From positions 29,760,001-29,824,000 of the forward strand of contig OZ241826.1 of the NCBI GenBank assembly GCA_965202585.1: 64,000 nucleotides of DNA, given 5' to 3'. Each line of letters begins with the position of its first letter. Within the stretch, counting starts at the first letter, position 1. A program made the position numbers and the translations under genes. This document shows, piece by piece, positions 26,414 through 38,216 of this stretch. The stretch is from Thalia democratica. Taxonomy: Eukaryota. A model generated the notes under the pieces. That model ran no database searches. It saw only the letters and a program-made list of their open reading frames with translations, and was not told where the DNA came from.

Positions 26414-27416
26414 TTATGTACGTTATTGAAAACCAGAATGAGCACGAAAAGCCCTGCCTTCTCCACATCAAAAGTCCAGCTTCAGTCGCTGAACTTCAGA
26501 TTTATAAATTTCCTGGGAACGAAATATTGTCATTCACCCAAGAATCGTTAATACTGACCTTTTCATGTCGCCAGAGCAGGTATCGTTATATTATAAAAAA
26601 AAATATTAAAAATTTTAGTAAATCATCTGTTATAATTCTACAGTAAAAACAGTTAAGTAGTTTTAAAGCAAAGTTAAATCTTAAACTTGCTTTTAATTTT
26701 TTCATATAAATACCTTTATGCAAATTCATGAGTAAAAACTTAATTCAGAACAAACCAAAGCTTCCAACTAATTTTAAATATTTACATATAAAACTTTTTA
26801 AAGTTAGTTATTAAAAAAATTGTAATAAGTAGTAATTTTTGTACAAAGCAAAATGTATCTTACGTATTATCACTAAAACTGTAATATTGACATGCAAAAT
26901 AATTATTTTTTTCAGAAAACGAGACAGTTTAGCAGTGCGGTCGACGTCTACTCAGGGTCGTTGACCGCACTTTTGCTGCTGGCGAGAACGAGGGATAATG
27001 ATACCAAAGCAGTTGTTGAAACTGCGAAATACTATAATAGGCTCCCTCTAGTATTTGCGGCAAGAGGTCTAAGATACTTGGTCAGTTTTTTGAGCTATTT
27101 TTATATTTAGCTTGAAATGGGCATCTTAACAACTTTTGTTTAGAATAGCTTAGTTTATATTTCTTTAATAACTTCTTTATTATGGTTAGCTCTACTTTTT
27201 ATTTTTTTTTATTTCTTTATAAGCTTTGTAGTGTTTGTTGTCAAATAGCTGTAATGTTGTTTCTAATTATAAGAATATTTACTGATAAAGTGCCTTAAAA
27301 TAGAAGTTAATGAAAGACCTACTGCAAATCGATTTCTTAATATTCTTAACTTCTACAAACCCCTTGTAAAACAAGAATGGATTACAAGAAACAAAACCAG
27401 CAGTAATTTGATTTAA
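26414..27416 (+). pseudogene. Spliced protein-kinase-like C-lobe exons (subdomains VIII-XI), degenerate
   Basis: Exon ending 26579 (NTDLFMSPEQ) splices in phase 0 to exon 26916-27066/27080 (KTRQFSSAVDVYSGSLTALLLLART). Exon 27274-27416 reads YLLIKCLKIEVNERPTANRFL...*, followed by AATAAA. Upstream of FMSPE the frame contains stops and no clean HRD/DFG. Confidence 0.75.
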
Positions 27417-27845
27417 TAGTAGTAAATGTCTTTAATAAAGTTAGAATTAGTTTTTTGTTTATTTTGAATAAAGTTGAAATTGTGTAAAATTTTTAAATAG
27501 TAAAGATACACAGGCAGTAACTTTTTTTTTCCTTTGAAAACTTACATACTTTAAAATGGTCTTATTGTTTTAGTTTTTGAATTCCGTTTTTGTTTTTGAT
27601 TAGAATTGGTAAAAGAAGACCTTAAAACTTTTAAATATCATTTAAAATTACACTCAAAACAACATTTTATTTTATAGTCATCCAAGTGTATATAAGTTTT
27701 TTAAAGCTTTATATGAAACAAATTAAAATAATTTGTAATTTAAATCATCGCTTTAGTATATACAAATGTATATAAATATAGATATATTAAAGGTTTTATA
27801 CAAAGTTCTGATCGATAGTGCTCGACAAATCAAATTGGAGCTTAA

Positions 27846-28047
27846 TATTTATTTATTTAATTATATAAAAAACTATAATTCAAACAGCTGTTTCACACAT
27901 TGAAATGTAAAATTTCATGTGATCTTCAGTGAGTTGTAGTTTATTATAATAGACTACAACTCATTGAAGATCACATGAAATTTTACATTTCAATGTGTGA
28001 AACAGCTGTTTGAATTATAGTTTTTTATATAATTAAATAAATAAATA
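27846..28047. repeat. 202-bp near-perfect palindrome with no spacer
   Basis: Centre between 27946 and 27947. 101-bp arms with only two mismatches (cagtg/caatg and gttta/gtcta). Confidence 0.93.
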
Positions 28048-30189
28048 AATATAGATATATATATATATAATTTTATGTGTGTTTAGTTTCATATCGCTTC
28101 TATAAAGTTTTGAGTGTTTTCGTTTTATGTTGTTAATTAAGCGTTATTATTTAACTATTGTTTACTTTAGAAAGATTTTTGAAATTAAAAATTTTTGGCG
28201 TATTTCATTGTTTTAGCTTTAAAAATTATTTTAGCTATAAACACATTATATCATATTTAATTTGTTGTAGAGTATGCTAAAATTAGTAGAATTTACAATA
28301 GTTTTTACATATCCTATGATATGATAGGATATTTACTTAACTTTTTAGTTTGTTTTATACAAAAGAAGTTTATTTGAATAAGTTACACACTGTTGTTTTT
28401 GTTTTCAATAATATATGATAAATCTAAATATGTAAGTTTACATGATTTGTTTGTAACAGTTGTTCCTATGATTTAAAATTTCATTCAAAAGAAAATTACA
28501 TTAAAGTTCCACAAACTAACTAAATTTTTATACATTAAAATAGAAAGTATTTAATTTTAATGTTTTTAATTTAAGTTCGCTGTTGTTCAGTGTAGTTTCC
28601 TAATTTTTTCGTTAGCTTTTCAACTTGTTTATTTTTATTTAGGAAATTTCCGTGAGTATTATAGCTGCTGTATAAAGTATGTATTTTATAATTGCTAAAC
28701 CTGGTTATGTGCTATTTAATTATTTTAATCTGTTTATACACTCTTTTTGTGGCTTAAGTTATTAAATATACTCCTAGCATAAACTTTAGATTATAAACTA
28801 GTGTAGCAGCAGCTAAATTTATTTCTATTAGGCAATTTTATTAGTAAATGTTTAACAAAGAGTTAGAGGTAACAGATGCTATATATTGTACTTTGTTTTT
28901 TTGTAGATAAATAGTTTTGTCAAAAAAATTTCGTTATTTTGTTTTGTTATTAAACTGAATTTCGTTATCAAATTTGTTTTTTAAATAGTAATTTATATTA
29001 ATTAAAATTCATAATGTTTATTAATTTAATAAAAATCAAATATAAAATCAGCTTTAAGCAATGATTTAGAAATTATGGTAGTCTTTATGTTTTCAATTAT
29101 GATATACAGTTAGTAGTTTTATTTTAAATGCTATAACACATTAACTAATGTTGAACAAAAAGTTTTATTAAAAAAGTTTTTTTATTAAACAAATTATAAT
29201 AAATTGAGATACATCTAAATTTAACTATTTTAAGAACACAACAGATCAATCAGAAAGTATAAAAGCATTTGCTCTATTTGCTTCTTCTAGAAGGTTGTAG
29301 TTAAGTTCAAAAAAGCTAGAAAATTATTAAATATTTTTAAGGCTTAAGTTTTTGATACTTAAACTTCAATTAGGCCTGTGATCAAATCGTAAACTTTTGT
29401 TCCTAAAATGTTACAAGATGACTTTCAGTTGTAAATGTTATCTGTTGCAATTAAAAATTGTTTTATAGTATATAAAACTAGATTCAAGTTTTATAAATTA
29501 CATTTTTTTACAGTTTTCTGTTAAGATTCAGTTGAAACAAAAAATTTTAAAGAAAAAATGATTTTGCTTTTAAAACTACTAGGGTAGAAAGTTTTATTTC
29601 TATTACTGTTATTTGTTCATTCTATTAAATATTTTAAGCTGTCTACAACAAGGGCAGAATATTATACATATTTATCTATTTATACATTATATTATACATA
29701 TTATACATATTTAACTGGTTTACTGTGCAACCCCTGAATTAAGAGCTAGAATAAACATACTGAAATGAGATTTAACATGATTTATTTCGAAACATTTTAG
29801 TTTAAATACATTTCTGCAAGTTAAATTATTAATATCAAATAAAGTTTTGTGCGCGGTGTTTAAAAAACTACGTGAAAAATTAAAAACTATATAAAAGTTT
29901 ATATTTACGAAAATTGCATAATTTTAAAATTATTTTTTTTTAATTAATTAAATGTGTTTAATTTTTATTTTTTTACAACACAAAGGATTTCATTTTAACA
30001 TTTGAAACATTTCACAAAATAGTATATAGAATTTATCTCTACAACATTAGAAAAACCATAGCTTTAAATTTCAACAAAGTTGTAATTTACTGTTAATCTG
30101 TTCTATTAACTAGTTTTAAAAAATATTGTTTGGTTTTTATTAAAATTAGATTGCTATCTTATTTATTTTGACTGAAACTGTTTAAAATT

Positions 30190-30604
30190 GAGCTCGTCTC
30201 CAGGTTCATTTCTTTCGTCTGTGTTTAATTTGTTTTTAAGCTCAGCAATTTCCTGGTTCATACAATGCTCGTGTGAGTTAATTCGCTTATAAATTGGTGG
30301 ACATTCCTAATTTCTAGTGTTTAATGAGTAACAGTTCAATTTACTATTATACTTACTCTTAATCCCAAATTCCATGTTACTGATTTCATTATTTAGTGTA
30401 TCCAATATAGTCTGTTGCTCCCTTGACTGTTTATGATGCCTTTTATTTAGTTTAATCTCATGTTTAGTTGCAGATATTTAATTTGTTGGTAATCCTTTTT
30501 GCATATTTTCTGACTGACTCAAATTTAGCTCATCTGGACCTATAACTTCTATAGACAGTCAACGAAGGTCAGATTTTTGTGTGGGTCGAGGACGCTATGT
30601 AACA
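30190..30604 (-). mobile_element. Possible decayed LTR-retrotransposon 5' fragment (LTR end, PBS-like site, gag-like remnant)
   Basis: Minus strand TGTTACA (30604-30598) is directly followed by TAGCGTCCTCG, matching the TGGCGTCCTC motif of the two Gypsy copies. Downstream stop-interrupted coiled-coil-like coding (MNQEIAELKNKLN). Confidence 0.4.
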
Positions 30605-33320
30605 TAAGGGAGAAGTGCCTAGGAGTGGTGGACACATTAGAGGCCATGCTAAATCGTGGGGAAGGTTTTCTACAGGGTAGCTTTGCTACATCTAGACTAA
30701 AGATTTATAGTTGGGTCCATGTTAAGTATAACTGAGATAGTTTCTATTAATAAATAAAGTCATTTAAAAATAATGAACTATTAAGCTTTAAAAATTTTGC
30801 AATGTATAGGTAATGCATCCCTGGTATTAAGTTTTGAATATCAAAATGAAACTGTACAGCCAAGCATAATCATAATTGTAAACAATCGTATAGTTTACTT
30901 TTTTCTAGTTAAAAGTGTCTATTACTTAAATTTAAGACTAAAATTACAAAGACAACTATAATCGTGAGAAAACTAACGAATGATTTTTTGATTTGACCGT
31001 TTAATATAATTAAAAACTTTACATTGTGTTTTTATTACTTTAAAACTTTTTTTTACATATTCAGAACAGTTTTTTGAAAAAAACTCATTTAGTCTAAAAT
31101 AATTAATTAAAACTAATTTTGAGCTTAAGCTAATTATTTTAAAATTGTAAAGAATTACAATTGAGCAGAATTTTTTGGTTAAAAACGCAAACTTAACCAG
31201 CAGTGCGACTCAAAATTGCAAAATAAAGTGAGTGTGCTAGTTACAGAAATGCGAACCCAGACTTTTAAATTTGGAAATCATAAGTACCTTAATAAACATA
31301 AGTATATTTTTTACAATTAACTTTTTAAAACTTTTTAATCACCTAAAAACTTATTCTGAATTGTTCTGCTCCGTTGCAAAATGTCTATTAGTATTTTAAT
31401 GAAAAAGTTTACTTTTAAAAATTTAAAGTTTGTGAGTAAAGCACTATACTATAACTTTTAAACAATAAGCTAAACTTTTAAACAGTGTTTATTGATAGTC
31501 AAAATAGAGTCTAACTCTTGAGCGACACTCTATGGTTAAAAATTGTTTTCGTCTATTTCCTAAAAAACTAGTAGAAGGGCAATCGATAGCTGAATAATTC
31601 TGGCAACTAACTCTAGTCTGAATCCAGCCTGCAAGATAGAAGTTTTTGACCTTGACGTAGTTTTAGCTTCTCTTGCAAAACAAACAAAAAATTTTTTGTA
31701 ACGGACAAGTGAAAACGTGGTATTAATCGCATTTTTAGTAATATACAGTAGTGATAATTGAAATATTTTGCTTACAATTTATATCTCAAAATATATTTAA
31801 CTTTTATTTATAACCTACGGCTTTTAAAGTTTTGCAGCACCGTAAGTTTTTTTAACAAGTCAGCCTACTGTTTTATACTCAATCTACCGGCTACAAAAGT
31901 TGCCAATCCGTAATATGAAAAACACTTTATTTAATAAAATTTTCGTAAAATATAACATTGTGTAATATATTTTTTGACATATGGCTAAAATTAGTTTTTA
32001 AATATAGTGATTATTTACTATTTCGAGAACTTATTTTAAATTAATTGTTTTTTTTATTATATTAATCTTAGTAATTAGACCTATATAAATAATTTTTTTC
32101 GAATACATATTACTTTTTGAGATGACGTCCTTAATTATTATTAAATTTACATTTTCATGCTATGTCAGCAATAAAATCATTATAAAACAGTCTGAAAACA
32201 CTCCTTTAAAAATACTTAAAAAAATGTTTTTCAAATGTTGTCTATCGTTTTGGTTTGACAAAACTAATCAACAAATTGAAACATTTGAAAACAACAAGAA
32301 GTTTGTATGTAAACTAAAGTATTTAAATCTTTAGATTTAAACTAAATCAACATACAACTTATATATATATATATATATATACCTCTATAGTTAAAGCTGT
32401 AGTAATAGTTAGATTACAGTATTAATTAATAATTTACCTTTAGAGGTAGCATAAAGTCTAATACTTTTTGTACCTAGTTTGATTTTAAACAAATAACTTG
32501 TGTACTATAAATAAGCTAATTAGCTTAACAAGTCTCTAACTTTTATGACTTGGTTAAACATTCAAAAGCAATTTACAATATATATCAAAAAATTTACCAA
32601 TCACTAAAACAAAAAATAAATAAACAACTTATTGAGATTTATGGAAGCTTTTCAAACATATTATTAATTGAAATAACTGTATAAGTTAACTTAAACTATA
32701 TAATCTTGTTTTTAATTTTTTATTTGTTAAAGCTGAACTAATAATTAAAACTATAAAAATTAGAGTCTATAATCCTGTTATTAGACTAAAAATATAAAAC
32801 TTTGATTTTTTTTTACAACAACAAAGATTTTTTGACTCAAAAACTATGGTAGAAAAAATAACTTAAGAGATTAAAATCAAAAAACAATAAGAGGTTTCAA
32901 ATTTAAATGCTAAATAGTCTCAGTGAAAAAAAGTTGAGTTAAAAATTAAGAATTTTAAAAAGATGTAGTTTTTATCAGTATTTTAATTATATTCTACATG
33001 AATTAGTTAGAGAAAAAAAAGATTAATAATGATCAAAATGTAAAGTAATAAAATCATTAATTATAAGTTATATAAACCAAGGTATTGTAATACATTTAGA
33101 ATATTTAAGTATTTTCAAGTTGCAATGTTAGAGTTGGTTAACTTTCTCCTGATTTTATTACTTCTTATGTTTAAATGTAAAAGAACTAGAAAATAACATC
33201 AACAGTAAATTTTTAAAACATTTTCTTCTAATTATTAAGATTGTATCGATTTTATGTGTTGTTAAATATGTTTATCTTTGTTAACTTGAATTTATTTTAC
33301 AGCAAATACAGTCAAGTAAA

Positions 33321-34891
33321 ATGATAAAAGTTTTACTTAAACTTGATGCCAGTTTTTTCAATTTGACCGTTGGTATTTTTTGTCTACTGTATTTGCTTTT
33401 ATTTGTTGGTTTGTCGGCAACATTTGGTGTTGTTTGTCATTTTTTTAAGACTACGAACAAATATACTGGTGAAAGATTTCATTCTAATCCTGTTGATGAA
33501 AATAGTGAAAAATCTACTTTTGATCATGAAAAGGTTTCTACTCCAAAACCACTCAACACAAAAACTGAATGTCATTCGGTCAATGCGATTAAGAAACATG
33601 CTAGTGAGCCAAACAAAAATGTGAGTGGACCAAAAGGAATTATTTCAAACAATTCTGTCACTAATAAAATCATAAACAGTGATAAGCATTTAGTTCACGC
33701 CTGTAATCAAAATAAACTTGTGTGCAATGAAGTTGATATTTGCGATAATACAAAAGATGATGAAGCGCAGAAAAGAATTGAAAATAATCAGAAATTAGTT
33801 GAAAAATTAGAAAGATATTCTGATGAGACTGGTTTTCCGGTTCAATGCTCCACAAAAAACACTGATTTGCAGGAAACTGATGCTTATAGAAAATATGATA
33901 GTCCTAAAAAAGTAGATGATATATCTCCTGACGAGACTGGTTCCACAGTGCAAAGCTCCAGAGTAAATTTACAGCAACTTAATGGCGAAGTAAATTTAGC
34001 TGATGACGTAGCTTCGAACGACAATACGGATGACTTGAGTCGTGAACAAGTAGCTTTTCGTGAAGTTAACAAACACTTGTTTATGATTAACTCAAGAGTT
34101 AACAGCACACAAAAAATATGATATCCAAGAAAAAGTAGATGATAGTCATGATGATATTGATTTACCAGGAAAAAGCTTCAGAGGAAATTTACAGCAACCT
34201 AATGGCGAAGAAAGTTTAGCTGATGGATTAAATGTAGCTCTAAACGACAACCCGGATAACTTGAGTCGTGAACAAGAGGCCTTTTGTGAAGTTGTCAAAA
34301 ACTGTTTTTCGGTCAACAAAATAGTAATGAAATCACAAGAAGTTTTAAACGAATGTATTCTTCCTTTATTTAATGAAATACGGTCAGGTGGCAGGGAAAT
34401 TGAGAAACTTATTGTAAAAACCATTAAAATGTTACGTACAGATATTAAAAACGATGAAGATCATCTTAAAAATACCCAATAGGACGATTTGGCCAACCAA
34501 AAATTGAAAAGTTTAGATTTGTTATTACTCGATATAAGAAAAGAATTTGTAACAAAGATAGATTCAGCTTCAAAAATAGATTCGAAATCAGAAAAAAAGT
34601 TTTGACAAAGTTGAGTCCGACTGTATTAAAGTTAAAGACTTCTTAACAAAATATTCTGACCAAATAAAGACTGCTACAGATGCATTAGAGGCAATTTTGG
34701 TAAAAGTCTACAACGATAAACTTGAATTTGATTCAGATAGAAGCAATTGGAACGAAGTTTTCTATGGAGTGATGAAACATACTGAAGCTTTACCCACAGA
34801 GATATTTGGCAAGGTCAAGACTGATAAAGTTATGAGGTCAGAGTCACAACTTAGTGAAAATACGAAGTTATTTATCATTAAAGAAATTTAG
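33321..34891 (+). pseudogene. Single-pass membrane protein with internal repeats and helical C-terminus, interrupted
   Basis: Acceptor TTTTACAG near 33302; hydrophobic segment LTVGIFCLLYLLLFVGLSATFGVV. Repeats DETG..VQ.S (x2) and NLQQ.NGE..LAD...ND..D.LSREQ.AF.EV (x2). Track ORFs 33321..34121, 34261..34482 and 34697..34891 join via a +1 in an A-run (~34110), an in-frame TAG (34480-34482) and a +1 in a T-run (~34600). Confidence 0.65.
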
Positions 34892-35331
34892 GATTATAAA
34901 TTATTGACAGTGAACTTTTTATTTCTACTTTCTATATTGAAATATATTTGTTTAATTGAAAGACTTATCAAGTCTTTATAAATGATTCTATGTTTATTTT
35001 AGTTGTGATTTTTGTATTAATTGTGTTTTATTGCTGTTAATAATGCAAAATAAAGAATAAATATCTGTGTTATTGTTTTCTATATTTAAAACTTGTAGAC
35101 AATACGGTTGATACTAATCATGAATCTCGACTAATTTTTGAAGCAGGTTCAGTAACATAATAAGATAAGTCAAAACTTTGCAGGTCTTCTTGATACTTGT
35201 GTATTAATATGAATTACTTTAGTATTAGTAATAATTACTTAGTTTTTAAAAACTTAAACTTATCTGTTTATTATGTTTACAATTTTGTTATAAAAGCTAA
35301 CTTCACTACAATTTAACAGTAACAAATAATA

Positions 35332-36170
35332 ATGAACTATAAAAATACTAAAGAACTTGTTGAAATTAAACTCACTACTAGAAATATAAGAAATACATTA
35401 AACTCTCTAGAAAAGACCATCAAATTGGTTTTCTATGACCACTTTGATTTTTAAGTTCACTAGCCTACTATAAATTTCACAATGCTGAGGACACTGATGC
35501 TTTGGAGGGAAAGTTTGAAAAATATATGAAAAAGTATAAAAATGTTTGCATGAAGTTTTCAAAGTTTAAAACTTTCAAAAAGTTTTCTTTAACGCTATCC
35601 CAAAATGATGTAAGTGAAAACATAGAGTTTGTTTTTAATCATGAAGAAAACGGAGAATTTATAGACAGAAGTAAAATAAACGAAGTCGTCGAAACCATCA
35701 CCAAATTTGGTAGAAATGTTCAAGTTAAATTTTCTTTCACTACTGAACCACACAAAGATTTTGAAAAACTCAAGAATGATGTGGATGACCTAAATGAAAA
35801 ACTAAATAAGGATAATGTAGACTCTAGTGAAATAAAACAATTGTTAAACAAACTGATCGAGTCTTGTCAAAACTATCAAATTATAGAACATTGTGATGAT
35901 TTAGCATTCTGTGGTAACATTCTAAACAACAAGCAAATAAAATATTCAAAAAAGTATTTGTACAAATGCGTATTGAAACAACAAACAGTTTTTGTTTATG
36001 AAGAAGCGTCAAATGATAATAAGGATTGTGCTGTTTGCTTGGAATATTTTAAACATGGAACCAAAGCTATAAAGCTGAAGTGTGGACATGCGTTTTGCAT
36101 TCAATGCATTGAAAAATGGCTGTCAAATTCTATTACGTGCCCCTGTTGTAGGCAAAGTCCTGAATTCTAA
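35332..36170 (+). CDS. Intronless C-terminal RING-HC (C3HC4) protein; one-base frameshift in a T-run near 35450 (pseudogene or assembly error)
   Basis: CAVCLEYFKHGTKAIKLKCGHAFCIQCIEKWLSNSITCPCCR in track ORF 35502..36170. ATG 35332 (MNYKNTKELVEIK...YDHFDF) joins LSSLAYYKFHNAEDTDALEGKF if one T is added at 35448-35452. Confidence 0.8.
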
Positions 36171-38216
36171 TTAAAAAGTAATAGAATTATTTACAACATG
36201 TGAATATTCAATCTGGTTGTATTAAAAGTGCAAAACTATAACATTTTAAAACAGTAAAAACTTTATAAAATATGTTGCTTGTTAGAAATGAGTTAACTAT
36301 AATGATTAACCATAGATTTTAAGTAAATGTTTTATTAAAAACAAATTAAGTTATTTGTAAATAACTAATCTGTAACTTAATAATATTTTTTTTTTTAGTT
36401 ATTTTAAAATTAGAAAATACGAAAGTTATTACAGGGGGGCTACTGGTTTTTGAGAAATGTATTCTAGGTTTTCTAAATTTCTTCAAGCTTTTTGAAAGTA
36501 CACGTTTTGTGGTATATTTTTAGTTTAAAGTTGAGTTTAAGTTAAAAATGTGTTACTAAGTAAAACAACATTTTAAAAATAGTGTAAAAATAATACAAAT
36601 TTGTTTTTAAAAAAAGTGTCAAACTAAAATTTTACTACTAAACATGTAAAATTTGTTTGAAATTCCAGATTGTTTTGTGATTTTTGTTCAAAATTGCTCA
36701 TATTTCAGGTTTTTTAGCCTAGTGTAAGCTTTGTTATCAAATAATATAAATGTAAAAAGTAAAGTGACATAAGTTTAGATAGTTACAAGCTCGTAAATAT
36801 AAACAACGTTTTATAGAGTATCATAATGAAGTAAGTTAAGTAATACAACAGATTAATAATATAAACATTCATATTTTTTTTTATTTATTATTCGCCATTT
36901 ATTTAATAGCATTTAATAGTTGTTATATAATGTTTTTAGAACAATTTAATCTCAAAAATAATGGAGGGATTTTTGCTTAGGATATTAAACTTAAATACAT
37001 ATATTAAGTTTCTCTACATTCGGGTGAGGCAATGAGTTTAGTCGGCGGGCAAGATTTGAAAATTACCGCTTAAGGGGCCTAATATTTCATTTAATGCTCT
37101 AAAATTTTTCAATTATTAATTCAACTTGCAAGCTGATTCAATATGAACACTGTTTTTTATTTTACCTTTAGTATAAGTCCCGTGAATTGTACCAAACTTT
37201 TTTTTTTGCTTAAAACATCTTGTGTAAGTAATATTTTGGTTAAATGGGCCAGATATAAGTGCTTGCGAGCCGCATATTTGCCTTTTGAGTACCGGGTTCC
37301 ACTTAAATTTGTAAAGTTTAGGGGTCGGTTATTTTTACTCCGCTAGCCAAATTGTGGTCCATCTCAATTCAACTTTTTCCTAGTTGTAATTACAATGCTA
37401 TATTATTTTTACAGTTTACTACAAACCCCATCGAATATTTAGAATAAGTAAGCTTAATTACCCACTAGCTTAATTTTACACCTTACTAGTAGTTAAGAGT
37501 CAAGTACTAAATATAGTAAAACTCTAAGCTAAATGTAAAAATATTACAACTGCTAAAACTTGTCCTCTTGCATTTTGCCACTTATATATTATTGTTACAT
37601 GACTTTCTAAAACCAAAAAAAAAGTTTTGGGAAACGCTTTAAAGGAAACACATATCTTAGTGACATTTTTATTATTCTAAATCAAGAAGAACTTTATATA
37701 TTACAAAATATACTTCATTGGGGAATAACGTGTATAAAATTGGTTACATTATAAGCAAACATTTGTAAGCAAAATTAAGTTATTCTCTGTTTTTTCCAAT
37801 AAGGGTTATTTTCGCAATGTAGATAATAAAGAAAAGTAGTTGAAGAAATAGTAAGTTTTTTTTAGACTTTTTTCAAATACGTGAAAATATGTATAAACTA
37901 TTATTTGGGACACTCACTAAACTTAGTTCATACTAAGTTTTATAATGTATAAAAGATTATAATGAGCCTGAACAAGAGTATTGATAAGTTTTACGAATAC
38001 AGTTTATTTACTAATATTAGTGACTAAACGCTAACCTCTTTTATAAAGTATTTTTATTGATTTTTTAAGTATAACAAAAAAGGAATATTAAATAGTATTT
38101 TATATAGTTAAATCTTTTTATAGACCTACTAATGACTCTTCTGCTCAAAACAACTTCTTTGGAGCATTTTGAAATTCTTTGTTACAACTTAATAATAATA
38201 AAGTAATAAAGTAATA

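Noticed and set aside
1-36170. Stop-codon reassignment or readthrough as the explanation for in-frame stops in several genes
   Set aside because: All three stop types occur (TGA 107, TAA 6283, TAG 7129 and 34480) together with frameshifts, and the intact genes terminate normally at TAA. Decay or sequence error is simpler.
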